This document shows positions 18,258-28,332 of a stretch of 64,000 nucleotides of DNA, in pieces. The position numbers and the translations under genes were made by a program. Location of the stretch: the NCBI GenBank assembly GCA_045633405.1, contig JAZQYD010000079.1, positions 456 to 64,455 of the forward strand. The letters are read 5' to 3'. The notes below the pieces were generated by a model. It saw only the letters and a list, made by a program, of their open reading frames with translations. It made no database searches and had not been told where the DNA came from. This DNA comes from Eubacteriales bacterium. Its GTDB lineage: Bacteria > Bacillota > Clostridia > Oscillospirales > CAG-272. Position 1 is the first letter of the stretch, and every line of letters starts with the position of its first letter.

Positions 18258-21200
18258 TTACTGATCAAAGAAGCCCACGTCACGGTCTATCGAAACGCCG
18301 TTAAGAAGGTTTATATAGTTTCCTACAAGCTTCTTAAGTGCGAACGTAGTAATATAAAATTCCGACACGGGGGTATGCTTCTCGGTGCCGTCAGCATAGG
18401 TTTCGTAAAGGCGGACCATAACCTTTCTGTCATCAAATCTGATGAATTCGTAGGTGTAGTATCCCTCCTCATACTGAGCCTCGGGATCGTTCCTTGTAAC
18501 GTCCATCTTGATCTTGATGGTCATAACGGGATCAAGCGTGTTTGCAATAGCCTTCTCCTCCTCGGTGAGTACACCGTGGTATCTCACAAGCTGAGTGAGC
18601 TCGAATACCGAGCGGAAGCTTGCAACACCAACCGTGTTACGTATATCCTCCCAAAGAGTTTCACCCTTATCAAACTTTTCCTTGTTCTGCACAAACGTAT
18701 AAAGGTAGGAGAGACTGATCGACTTGGCATTCGGGAATACCTTTCTGTATTCGGCAAGAGCCTTGTCGTATTCGGTGGCGGGTCTAGTATCACCCTCCGC
18801 ACTTACGTATACGGAGATCTGGTCCTCGGGCATCGCTCCGTCGAAGGGATCGAGAGATGACGTGTAGGAACCGTTTACCTGACCGATATAAATCACTCTG
18901 TGATCGACCTGGAAATTGTACGTGCCTCTATAATCCTCGAAGTTGAAGTCAACCTCCATATTCAGTATCCTCTCAATAGAGGTAAGGAGGAAGTTTCTTC
19001 TCGCCCAGAACTCAGTAAAGCTGAACTCAACGAAGTCGAGCTCCTCGCCGTACACCTTTGCAACAAGGTCGTACTTATCGGATGCTACGTATCGGAAGGG
19101 TGCACCCGTGTCGGGGTCATACTTCTTATCGCTTATATAGAGTGTGAAGCCAAGAGTCGAGTACCAGTCGAAGTCACTGAGTCTGTCATCCGAGTCAAAC
19201 TCCGTGCCCTCGGTAATATCGGAAATTGCACGGGGCAATTCAAAATAGATCTTGTACTCATAAAGATCGTACTTGTCAAGCGTTGCGTGATTGATTCCGA
19301 CAGCAACGGTCTCACCGCTGAAGCCGGCAGAGGTAACGGAGCCGCTGCCGCCGATTCCGCCGAGATAAGCCACTACCTTCTCGCACGCAGACGCATTAAG
19401 TCCGTAGTAGTGATAAGGATTATTCTTATCAAAGGTGTTCTCGTAGAAGGACTCTCCGAAATAAGGGTCTCTCTTTGATGCGTTGACGTAGCGGAAGGAG
19501 GTTATCAGCTCGGAGGTGACGAAATACTTCACCTCATCGATATTGTATGCGGTAAATTCACGCATTACCTCATAATGCTTCGTCTTCTGACCGACAGTGA
19601 AATCGCAGGAGCCGCGGTTAAGTCCTACAAGCAGGACCTTGATCTCTCTGCCGTAATCATAGTTATATTCATCAGCCTTGGCAAGATCAATATAGCAGGT
19701 CTCGGTCTCACCCTTCACACCGTTAGTCATACGGTAGCCCGTAAACACTACGATCGAGTCCTCGAGAACCTTATTGGCAATCTCACCGTTTGCTTTATAT
19801 ATCTTATCAATTTTGGTAATTACGAAGGATGAATCAATACTGTAAGAATTATTCTCAGTGTAGTCAATCTCAAACGAGACAGAGCCGATCGCTCCTACCT
19901 TGCTTGCCCGAAGAGCATCCCTTGCCTCATCGGGGATAAGGGGGCTCGACAGATCGAGCACGGCGTGACGGGGCAGCTCTGTTGCAGCCTTACCGTCAAT
20001 ATAGTAGAAGTACTTAACCTTGATGAGATTTGCATCTCCGACAAGGGAACCCTCTGCGGTGATCTCATCGGTGTCTGTGAGGACGGATTCTATCGCCAGG
20101 ATAGTGTACTTGTACTTATACGTCTTGGTCTCCGAGAAATCTATGAAGGTATCAGACTGAACCTTTTTCTCTCGGTCGCTCGCAGACTCACCGATCATGA
20201 ATCTGTCAACGTCGGGGTAAGACATCGTAAGAGTTCTGTCGACAGATCCGACGGAAAGACCCGTGAGGATCGAGGAAATACGGTTATATTCCCAGTGTCC
20301 CTTCAGTGCCTCGAGATCAAACGAAAGCTCCTTGCCCGTCTCATAAGAGTAGCCGTCATCAGGCTCTCCGGGAGGTACAACGTAATCAACAGGCTTCTTA
20401 AGAGGCACAATGCTGTCACCGGTCACAACCACTGTGGAGCCGGGGAGGACAGCCTCGCCCTCGTCCTTGTGCTTCTCGTTAGCCCACTCCTTGAAGTCGG
20501 TGGTAAGATAGGGCTCGTAGGCGGAGTCGCTCGCAATACCCGCAGACACAAGCATACCGTTGATGAAGGTATGATATCCGCGAAGAGCGTACTCATAGTA
20601 AGAGCTGTTGGTGTAGTAGACGTAGTCTCTCTCATCTACCATAAAGTAGTAGCCGGTACCCGAAAGGGCACGTCCGCCGATTTTTATGGAGTGAGAGCCG
20701 AGGATCGCATTGCCCTCATCATCCTTCTCACCCGTGGTGTATACGAAGGTTACGATCTCGCTTACGTCCTTGTTGAAGCCGTACTCGGCAAGGAGGGCAT
20801 CCCTCTCGGTCTTGTTTTCGGGAAGCGGAATACGCTCGTTGAAATAAGGTGTGCCGAGTGCTACGGAGAGGTAGGTGAGAAGATATATACTGCCGTATCC
20901 GTCACCCGTCTCCTTGGCATAAAGTGTCTGGTAATCAAATCCGCCCTCAGCGAAAACGATAGGAGGAACGTAATCCTCAAACGTCACCCCATCACCTGAA
21001 TCGTAGCTGAGGAAGAACGATCCGTCCTCGGTGGGACGCAGAAGGTCGAATTTGCCGTTTTTGTTCTGAATTTTAATATACTGTATGCTCGCCTCGGACA
21101 CTCTCGGATAAGCGATAGCCGAGTTGAGATAAATATCCTCACCCTCGAGAATCTCGGGCGGATCCTTCACTGTGCTCTCCTCGGTGACAGCACTGTCGAG

Positions 21201-21305
21201 CCCTCTTGTCAGATAATATCCGACAACAAGAACAATGAGAAGACCCAAAAGCACGCAGAGAAGAACGATATTGGAGGAATTTCTTTTCTTTTTAACTTGC
21301 TTCAT
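18258..21305 (-). CDS. Large single-pass DUF4340-like accessory protein of the Gld-type ABC system
   Basis: N-terminal TM. EYGF...IKIG...GYYF...VY motif typical of DUF4340. Lies directly after the gldG-like genes. Confidence 0.6.
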   Translation of the reverse strand: MKQVKKKRNSSNIVLLCVLLGLLIVLVVGYYLTRGLDSAVTEESTVKDPPEILEGEDIYLNSAIAYPRVSEASIQYIKIQNKNGKFDLLRPTEDGSFFLSYDSGDGVTFEDYVPPIVFAEGGFDYQTLYAKETGDGYGSIYLLTYLSVALGTPYFNERIPLPENKTERDALLAEYGFNKDVSEIVTFVYTTGEKDDEGNAILGSHSIKIGGRALSGTGYYFMVDERDYVYYTNSSYYEYALRGYHTFINGMLVSAGIASDSAYEPYLTTDFKEWANEKHKDEGEAVLPGSTVVVTGDSIVPLKKPVDYVVPPGEPDDGYSYETGKELSFDLEALKGHWEYNRISSILTGLSVGSVDRTLTMSYPDVDRFMIGESASDREKKVQSDTFIDFSETKTYKYKYTILAIESVLTDTDEITAEGSLVGDANLIKVKYFYYIDGKAATELPRHAVLDLSSPLIPDEARDALRASKVGAIGSVSFEIDYTENNSYSIDSSFVITKIDKIYKANGEIANKVLEDSIVVFTGYRMTNGVKGETETCYIDLAKADEYNYDYGREIKVLLVGLNRGSCDFTVGQKTKHYEVMREFTAYNIDEVKYFVTSELITSFRYVNASKRDPYFGESFYENTFDKNNPYHYYGLNASACEKVVAYLGGIGGSGSVTSAGFSGETVAVGINHATLDKYDLYEYKIYFELPRAISDITEGTEFDSDDRLSDFDWYSTLGFTLYISDKKYDPDTGAPFRYVASDKYDLVAKVYGEELDFVEFSFTEFWARRNFLLTSIERILNMEVDFNFEDYRGTYNFQVDHRVIYIGQVNGSYTSSLDPFDGAMPEDQISVYVSAEGDTRPATEYDKALAEYRKVFPNAKSISLSYLYTFVQNKEKFDKGETLWEDIRNTVGVASFRSVFELTQLVRYHGVLTEEEKAIANTLDPVMTIKIKMDVTRNDPEAQYEEGYYTYEFIRFDDRKVMVRLYETYADGTEKHTPVSEFYITTFALKKLVGNYINLLNGVSIDRDVGFFDQ

Positions 21306-21314
21306 AATTCCTCC

Positions 21315-22997
21315 TTACAGATATCTTCTCTTTATGAATACGACGACTCCGAGAACGAGTGCCGCAGCGGGGGGTATAATAACAAGGGTCGTGTACCACT
21401 TACGAGAGGACACGTTGAACGCCTTGTTTGTTCTTACGACGTCCATGCCATCGGGCGAATAAACGTCGTGAGCATAGGTCTTGAGAGTATTGTCAACCAG
21501 CTGCTTTCCTCCAAAGGAAGATGAGTTGGGAGAGGTTCCTCCGAGAGCCATGTCCGCATATCTCTCGGTACGTGATATGCCCGAGATGAGCGACGAGAGG
21601 ATATCATAGTTGGCAAAGGAGGTGTTGGAAAGAATCTCATTCGAGTAGAAATGCTCGGAATTCGATGCAAAAATGTAAGAGTAGCTTGTCTCACCCGACA
21701 AATGGTCGAGGAAGGTACGTGTTGACACGGATGCATAGCTCTTGAAGCCCTCGGTCGACGTTATCTCGGTACCGAAGCCCGCAATAGCCTCGTCGGTTGT
21801 TCCTATAAACGTGCCGTACATCTTGGAGGCGTTATAGGTACCGGGCTCCTGCATTGTATCTCCGTCAACGAACGAGCAGTAAACGTAGCCTGAATCACGG
21901 AAGAGCATCTCGGGTGCAGAGGAGAGGTTGGCGTAATTCTCATAGTACGCACTGCCGAAGCTCTCGGAATCCGTATTGTACACTCCGAGAGTGTAATAAC
22001 CGTCGCCACCCTCGGGAGCGGGGAACTCCATCTTCTCATCACCCACGAGGCCCTCGCCGAATGCGATACCCCACTCTGCGAGAAGAGACTCCATAATGGG
22101 AAGCTTAACGTCGTATGCCTTATTGAAGATAAGCGTGCCGAGACCCTCGATGAGGTATCTGTCGATCTTCTCCGCAGGGGAGATATAGCCCAGCTGATTG
22201 TACTGAGAGGGATCGGTGGTAAGATCCTTCGTCGGGTTGTTTATGATAAGCAGAGCACAGTCGTCGGGTATTTTGGTAGTCTCGGGATCGCATATCGACA
22301 GAGACTTGATCTTGAAGCCACGCTCGGTGAGAAGATCGGCGAAGCCCGCCATGGATATGCTCATCTCCGACTCGGGGTTCTCGGGATCGTAAAAGCTCGA
22401 GCCGAGATCGGTCACAAAGTACGCCGCGGGCGAGGTTATCGCCGTCAGAGACGCAAGGATCGAGGCAAGCTTGTACTCTCCGTTATATGAGAATTCGTTT
22501 CCGTCAGAGTCAACGGTCCAGAAGCTCTGTGCCGCAAGCACTCTGTATTTGCTTCCGTAGGAAACGATGATATCGGTAGAAGCAATGCTGTCACGGGACG
22601 TAGTTTTATATTTCGACACTGCGGTGGGGTTATAAACAACGTTCACCGTCTCAACGGTCACGTTATCGAACTCCTTCGCTAATGCGAGAGCCATAAAGTA
22701 TGTCACTCTGAGCTCACGGCTTCTTACAATGTAATCCTGATCCGTGCAGAAGGTGATCTTGATCTCCTTCTTGTTTCCCTCGGCATCCTCGCCGTCAAGC
22801 AGAGTATGACAGTAGTCCTCCATCTTGTCGGTAAGCGTGTAGAAGCCCTCGGGAGTAAGATCGACGTACCACAGTCTCTTGATACCCACTTGGTTTAAGA
22901 AGATATTAAAAACAAGCAGGCACAAAATAAGCACTGCGGTGATTACCGAGAAGACTCGTGTATGAGTGCTCTTTCTCTTAAAAAATGTTTTTTTCAT
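21315..22997 (-). CDS. GldG-like ABC auxiliary component (copy 2)
   Basis: N- and C-terminal TM, DLTPEGFYTLT, YNGEYKLAS, IPDDCALLIINNPTKD. Confidence 0.8.
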   Translation of the reverse strand: MKKTFFKRKSTHTRVFSVITAVLILCLLVFNIFLNQVGIKRLWYVDLTPEGFYTLTDKMEDYCHTLLDGEDAEGNKKEIKITFCTDQDYIVRSRELRVTYFMALALAKEFDNVTVETVNVVYNPTAVSKYKTTSRDSIASTDIIVSYGSKYRVLAAQSFWTVDSDGNEFSYNGEYKLASILASLTAITSPAAYFVTDLGSSFYDPENPESEMSISMAGFADLLTERGFKIKSLSICDPETTKIPDDCALLIINNPTKDLTTDPSQYNQLGYISPAEKIDRYLIEGLGTLIFNKAYDVKLPIMESLLAEWGIAFGEGLVGDEKMEFPAPEGGDGYYTLGVYNTDSESFGSAYYENYANLSSAPEMLFRDSGYVYCSFVDGDTMQEPGTYNASKMYGTFIGTTDEAIAGFGTEITSTEGFKSYASVSTRTFLDHLSGETSYSYIFASNSEHFYSNEILSNTSFANYDILSSLISGISRTERYADMALGGTSPNSSSFGGKQLVDNTLKTYAHDVYSPDGMDVVRTNKAFNVSSRKWYTTLVIIPPAAALVLGVVVFIKRRYL

Positions 22998-23001
22998 CTA
23001 T

Positions 23002-24540
23002 TTATCGGTTCTTTCTTTTTATAATTACAACTGCTCCGATAGCCATTATGACCACGGGGATAGCGATCACGATCGCAGTAAAGGTATGTGCTCTCTTCAT
23101 CGTGAAGCCCTCAAGGGTCGGAGCACCGTAGGTAACCGCCCTCATACCAATGGGAGCTGCGGTTGAATCAAAGAATGCATAGAAGAGAGAGTAGAGATAA
23201 TCGCCGTTAGCGTATCCCTCGCTGACAAGTGCATCGGATGCGGTCATGTAGATGGAGGGTACGAGAACCACTCTGCCATACGTGCCGTCATCGTTTCTTC
23301 TCTCCGAGAGAGCAGCTATAACGTACTCGCCGTCATTGTCTATCTTCTCACCGTCTGCCACAAGCGAGGACGAGGAAGAGGACACAAGGAGAGGCTGAGC
23401 TCCGAGAGAAGTGTCAAGCTCGAGAGCCGCAACGCCCGATATAAGCACACGGGTGTCGGTATAGGTCGAGAGAATAGCATTTATTCTGCTCGATGCGGGA
23501 GACGATGCGTAATCGCAAACGAACGAATATCCGTCCGTGGTAATACCGTTATCACTGTCGCTGACAAGAGCACGGATAAAGCGTCCGCTATCATCGGTGG
23601 TGCCTGCGATCTTTATTCCCCTCTCGGCGAGGAAGCCCTCGAGGACGGGAAGATTCTTCGACAAGGGGTCAAGAGTGACGTAAACGCTTCCGCCTCTGTC
23701 GAGGTAGGACTCAAGCTTCTCAATCTCGCTTCGTCCGGAGCTGTCGCCCTTGATACGGTAGAAGTCGCTCGTCGGATTGGAGATAACAACAAGTGCCGCA
23801 TCGGACGGGATCTCCTTACCGACCTCACGAAGGTTTATGATCTTGATCTCATAGCCCGCACAGGTCAGCATGTTACCGAAGGAGACGTCAACGGTCTCGC
23901 CGTGCTTCTCGGTAATATAAGCAGTAGGATGCTCATCGTGAAGCACCCATGCGACCATCGATGCCACAACCTCCTCGCCTATATACGCTCTGACCGAGCC
24001 CTGGCTGTCGAGGGTGAAGAAATCAACGAAGCCTGCGGAGGTGTATCTGTCCGTTATAACACGGAAGTTCTCTCCCTCGCCCTCGTAGAAGATAACCGAG
24101 CTTGAATTTATGGGAATATCCTCGCCCTTTTCATCCTGAGTGATGAACTTACTGAAGGGGAAGAGCTCGCCGTTCTCATCTCTGTGGTTGAGCATATTCA
24201 CATATTTTACCTTGATGAAATCGTATCTCTCATCAAGCTGTCTTACTGTCTGCCACACGTAGCTTCCCGTAGCGTGGTTTTTAAGATCCTCCTCTTCCAT
24301 ACAGAAGGCGATCGTGACAGTCTTTCCCTCCGAAATGCCGCTGAAGAGGTAGTCCGTATTACCGGATATACGAAGATCGGTCATTTCGGGCTTATATATA
24401 TACAAGCCGAAGGCTCTCGTCAGATTGAAGATGATCACGTTGAATATGATCACCACCACTATCAGAAGAGCGGTAGCGAGAGCACCGAGCGACTTGCCCT
24501 TAGAGAACAGACCTGACAGTCCGTCCTTGAACTTATTCAT
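23002..24540 (-). CDS. GldG-like ABC auxiliary component (copy 1)
   Basis: N- and C-terminal TM, KHGE, IPSDAALVVISNPTSD, YLDRGG. Confidence 0.8.
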   Translation of the reverse strand: MNKFKDGLSGLFSKGKSLGALATALLIVVVIIFNVIIFNLTRAFGLYIYKPEMTDLRISGNTDYLFSGISEGKTVTIAFCMEEEDLKNHATGSYVWQTVRQLDERYDFIKVKYVNMLNHRDENGELFPFSKFITQDEKGEDIPINSSSVIFYEGEGENFRVITDRYTSAGFVDFFTLDSQGSVRAYIGEEVVASMVAWVLHDEHPTAYITEKHGETVDVSFGNMLTCAGYEIKIINLREVGKEIPSDAALVVISNPTSDFYRIKGDSSGRSEIEKLESYLDRGGSVYVTLDPLSKNLPVLEGFLAERGIKIAGTTDDSGRFIRALVSDSDNGITTDGYSFVCDYASSPASSRINAILSTYTDTRVLISGVAALELDTSLGAQPLLVSSSSSSLVADGEKIDNDGEYVIAALSERRNDDGTYGRVVLVPSIYMTASDALVSEGYANGDYLYSLFYAFFDSTAAPIGMRAVTYGAPTLEGFTMKRAHTFTAIVIAIPVVIMAIGAVVIIKRKNR

Positions 24541-24576
24541 AGCTTAAATTCCTTTCAGTATTTTGCTTTGCCGCCC

Positions 24577-25287
24577 TTAGCCGTCGTATCTGCGTCTGTC
24601 GAAGACTCTGACTGTCAGCCAGAGGAATATTCCGCCGATCGACAGGTAGTAAACAAGGGTAGACAGATCAAAATATCCTGAGGTGAAGGTCTGGAAGCGT
24701 CTGAAGATAGAAAGTGCGTCGAGCACGCTTCTGATCTTACTCTGTGCGGGAACAAGAGAGCCTACAAGACCTATTGCGAGGAATCCGAGAATAATTGCGA
24801 TCGTGCCGACAGCCGCAGAGAGCTGATTCTCCGAGAGTGCCGAAACGAAAAGTCCGATCGAAATAAACACAAGACCGACAAGGAGAAGTGCCATTACGTT
24901 ACCGATAAGCACCATCCACTTGATCTGAGTGTAGGGTATAAGAAGAAGGAAGTAAAGCGAGGTGAAGAGGCTTGTACACGCAAACACGATGTAGGATGCG
25001 AGGAACTTACCCATCACGATGCCGATCAGCGAGACGGGAGAGGTAAGTATCAGCTGCTCGGTCTTCGAGCGTCTCTCCTCACTGAACGACTTCATCGTAA
25101 GCAGAGGAAGCATTATTGCGGAGAACAAAAGCATTACAAGATAGAACCCCGTAACGTCTCCCGACATTGAATAGAGGGTCGTGTATGCAAACACAAGACC
25201 TGCGGCTAAAAGATATATTACGAGAAAGACGTAGCCAACGACACCCGTAAAGTAAGAGCGAAGCTCCTTTTTTAATATTGCCAACAT
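24577..25287 (-). CDS. GldF-like ABC-2 permease
   Basis: AILKKELRSYF, PLLTMKSFSEERRSKTEQLILTSP, GKFLA. TTG start with an AAGGAGG RBS. Confidence 0.9.
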   Translation of the reverse strand: MLAILKKELRSYFTGVVGYVFLVIYLLAAGLVFAYTTLYSMSGDVTGFYLVMLLFSAIMLPLLTMKSFSEERRSKTEQLILTSPVSLIGIVMGKFLASYIVFACTSLFTSLYFLLLIPYTQIKWMVLIGNVMALLLVGLVFISIGLFVSALSENQLSAAVGTIAIILGFLAIGLVGSLVPAQSKIRSVLDALSIFRRFQTFTSGYFDLSTLVYYLSIGGIFLWLTVRVFDRRRYDG

Positions 25288-25301
25288 CCGAATTTTCCTC
25301 C

Positions 25302-26279
25302 TTAGTTCTTACGGCCGCGGCGTTTCTTGCCGTCACCTACAACTCCGTCCGAGCGATCAACAAGACGGATAAATACCGTCTCAAGATCGGTGCCTACGGG
25401 CTCCATGCCTATTATCGGCCAGCTTTTGCTCGCCGCCAGATTGAATATGGGCTTACGCACGTCGATGCCCGCCTCGCTCTCTATTACGAATGCGAAGGAG
25501 TCTGCATCTCTCTCACCGGTCGACTCAACCGACTTCACTCCGTTTATTTTCTTGAGTGCTCCGAGAACATCACGCTCAGGGCCGCAGATCTTAACACGGC
25601 AGCGATAACCGTCCTCGATCGTCTTAACGATATCCTCGGTACGCTCGTCCGCTATTATCTTGCCCTTATTGATGATGATAACTCTCTCGCACACAGACTG
25701 AACCTCGGCGAGAATGTGAGTCGAGAGTATGACGGTATGTGACTTTGCAAGAGTACGCATAAGGTTTCTTACGGCTATTACCTGCTTGGGGTCAAGACCT
25801 ATCGTAGGCTCGTCGAAGATTATAACCTTGGGGTCGCCGATAAGTGCCTCGGCAATTCCGACTCTCTGCTTATTACCCTTCGAGAGGTTCTTGATAAGTC
25901 TTCCCTTAACCTCTCCGAGCTTGACCACGGAGATTATCTCATCGAGATGAGGGCCTCTCGGAAGCTCGCAACGCTTAAGATCGTATACGAAATTAAGATA
26001 CTCAATTACCGTCATATCGGGATAAAGCGGAGGCTGCTCGGGCAGGAATCCTATGCATTTCTTAGCATTTATGGGATCATCCGCAATGTCTATTCCGTTA
26101 ACGGTTACACTTCCCGAGGTGGACGAGAGATATCCTGTAAGAATATTCATCGTCGTACTCTTTCCCGCACCGTTGGGACCGAGAAGACCGACTATCTCAC
26201 CCTCTCCTATCTCGAACGAAATATCGTTCACTGCATAATTCGAACCAAATCTTTTTACGAGATTTTCAACCTTTATCAT
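25302..26279 (-). CDS. GldA-like ABC transporter ATP-binding protein
   Basis: GPNGAGKST, LSKG signature, DEPT, STH, C-terminal extra domain. Confidence 0.92.
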   Translation of the reverse strand: MIKVENLVKRFGSNYAVNDISFEIGEGEIVGLLGPNGAGKSTTMNILTGYLSSTSGSVTVNGIDIADDPINAKKCIGFLPEQPPLYPDMTVIEYLNFVYDLKRCELPRGPHLDEIISVVKLGEVKGRLIKNLSKGNKQRVGIAEALIGDPKVIIFDEPTIGLDPKQVIAVRNLMRTLAKSHTVILSTHILAEVQSVCERVIIINKGKIIADERTEDIVKTIEDGYRCRVKICGPERDVLGALKKINGVKSVESTGERDADSFAFVIESEAGIDVRKPIFNLAASKSWPIIGMEPVGTDLETVFIRLVDRSDGVVGDGKKRRGRKN

Positions 26280-26479
26280 TTTTCAGGCTACGCCCCATCG
26301 GGCATCCTTTCGATTTTTTACACCGCCTTACCCGGCGGATAGTATTCCAAGAAAGCATTATAACACACAATTGTAAACAAATTATTAATAAAATTGTTAA
26401 TATATAATATATTATGAGTGAATTTTTACCTTCCCACGTGAGATATATACCTACGCCGCCGAAGAGTGCACAAATTTAC

Positions 26480-26508
26480 TTGACAAACGGGTAAAAAGAA
26501 GCTATAAT
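26480..26508 (+). promoter_or_regulatory. Consensus sigma-A promoter of trpS
   Basis: TTGACA-17-TATAAT, 35 nt upstream of the ATG. Confidence 0.85.
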
Positions 26509-26543
26509 CTACCTATATGACTCACTAAGGAGCTTTTTTTGAA

Positions 26544-27548
26544 ATGGCTGATATCAATACTGAAAAGAAACGCGTTTTCTCGGGAGTACAGCCCTCGGGA
26601 AATCTTACAATAGGAAATTATCTCGGAGCGATCAAGAATTTCTCACGCTTCTCAGAGGATTATAAGACCTTCTACTGTGTGGTAGACCTTCATGCGATCA
26701 CCGTAAGGCAGGTTCCCGCGGAGCTCAGAAGACGTACCTACGAGACCCTCGCTCTCTACATGGCATGCGGCCTCGATGAGACGAAGAACACACTCTTCGT
26801 ACAGTCCCACGTGCATGAGCACGCCGAGCTTGCATGGATACTCAACTGCTATACGATGTTCGGCGAGCTCTCCCGTATGACTCAGTTCAAGGACAAGAGT
26901 GCGAAGCACGCTGAGAATATCAACGCAGGCCTCTTTACCTACCCTGCCCTTATGGCGGCGGATATTCTTCTCTACGGCACCGACGTTGTGCCCGTTGGAA
27001 TTGACCAGAAGCAGCATCTCGAGCTTGCACGTGACGTAGCAACGAGATTCAATCAGATATACAGCGACACCTTCACCGTGCCCGAGGGATATATTTCTCA
27101 GGATACAATGAAGATCATGTCTCTTGCCGAGCCGACCTCCAAGATGTCGAAGTCGGATCCCAACCCCAACGCAGTAGTCTACATCCTTGACAGCAAGGAT
27201 GATATTATGAGAAAATTCAAAAGAGCCGTCACCGACAGCGACAGCTCCGTAAGATATTCTGAGGATAAGCCCGGCGTATCCAACCTCATGACCATCTACC
27301 GTGCATTCACGGGTAAGACGCTTGAGGAAATCGAGAGAGAGTTCGACGGTGTCGGCTACGGTGACTTCAAGCTTGCGGTAGGCGAGGCTTGTGCCGACGG
27401 ACTTGCATCCGTAAGAGATACCTACAACCGTCTTATCGGCGATAAAGCACACCTTGAGGCAGTGATGAAAAACGGTGCTGAGGAAGCATCCTTCTACGCC
27501 AGACGCATGATGTCCAAGGTTAAGCGTAAGGTAGGATTTGTAGGATAA
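26544..27548 (+). CDS. trpS: Tryptophan--tRNA ligase
   Basis: TIGN, YPALMAAD, DQKQH and KMSKS motifs. Confidence 0.97.
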   Translation: MADINTEKKRVFSGVQPSGNLTIGNYLGAIKNFSRFSEDYKTFYCVVDLHAITVRQVPAELRRRTYETLALYMACGLDETKNTLFVQSHVHEHAELAWILNCYTMFGELSRMTQFKDKSAKHAENINAGLFTYPALMAADILLYGTDVVPVGIDQKQHLELARDVATRFNQIYSDTFTVPEGYISQDTMKIMSLAEPTSKMSKSDPNPNAVVYILDSKDDIMRKFKRAVTDSDSSVRYSEDKPGVSNLMTIYRAFTGKTLEEIEREFDGVGYGDFKLAVGEACADGLASVRDTYNRLIGDKAHLEAVMKNGAEEASFYARRMMSKVKRKVGFVG

Positions 27549-27600
27549 AAGTAAATAATACTTTGCATTTTCGCCGATTTTCGGCAATTCAGCAAAAAAC

Positions 27601-27647
27601 AAAGAGGCTCAGTACATACCGTAGCGGTGTGACAGAGTCTCTTTTTT
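27601..27647. terminator. Probable bidirectional terminator
   Basis: AAAGAGGCTC...GAGTCTCTTTTTT between convergent genes. Confidence 0.65.
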
Positions 27648-27668
27648 ATTGACTTTGGTTTAGAACTG

Positions 27669-28316
27669 TCAGGTTGTTGCCGCAAACCTTATAACCTCAT
27701 CTGCGATCTCGCTCATTCCCTTAGCCGTGGGGTGACCGTCAATCAGATCTACGTCAGGCATAACAAGCATCTCACAGCCCGAATATTCGGTTGCGTGGCG
27801 GACAGCCTTGATGACATCGGGCTTCAAAAATCCGTTTACGATATATATGATCCTGCCGTCAGGAAGCGTCTCTCTCAGCTTGTCAAGAAGATAGCAGACA
27901 GCGGGAGCGAAGGAAAAGAGCTCCTCCACCGTCACCTCCCCGTGCTTTACCTCACCTATCGGAGAGCCCGACCAGGAGTCGTTTGTACCGCCGTAGACAA
28001 GGACCGTGTCAATTTTATTCACATCGAAGAAGCCATCTGCGATAAGCTTATCAAGTCTGCCGACAAAGGATTTGTGTCTGCAATCCTCGCCTCTCCAGCC
28101 CGTATGGCACACGGTAGTGCCCGACCAGCTCGAATTAAGCACAAGCTCGCCCGAAACACGTGACATCACCTGACGCCACCACGTCTTATCAACGTCCGAA
28201 ACTCCGTGATCGGGTCTTATATCCTCTCCGTACCATATATCGAACCCCGAGGGAACATAGTTACGGAAGGTCGTGTAGCTGTCTCCTAAAATAAGAGTTT
28301 TACCGAAATTTATCAT
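27669..28316 (-). CDS. SGNH/GDSL hydrolase family protein
   Basis: GDSYT, GTND, DGHP. GGAGG RBS before the ATG at 28316. Confidence 0.85.
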   Translation of the reverse strand: MINFGKTLILGDSYTTFRNYVPSGFDIWYGEDIRPDHGVSDVDKTWWRQVMSRVSGELVLNSSWSGTTVCHTGWRGEDCRHKSFVGRLDKLIADGFFDVNKIDTVLVYGGTNDSWSGSPIGEVKHGEVTVEELFSFAPAVCYLLDKLRETLPDGRIIYIVNGFLKPDVIKAVRHATEYSGCEMLVMPDVDLIDGHPTAKGMSEIADEVIRFAATT

Positions 28317-28332
28317 TTTTACCTCCAAAATA

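Noticed and set aside
21315-26279. Gliding motility machinery
   Set aside because: GldAFG-like ABC genes are widespread in non-gliding bacteria. No T9SS or other gld genes are present and the host looks monoderm.
26280-26543. T-box riboswitch upstream of trpS
   Set aside because: A consensus promoter lies 35 nt from the ATG, leaving no room for a leader, and no T-box sequence is visible.
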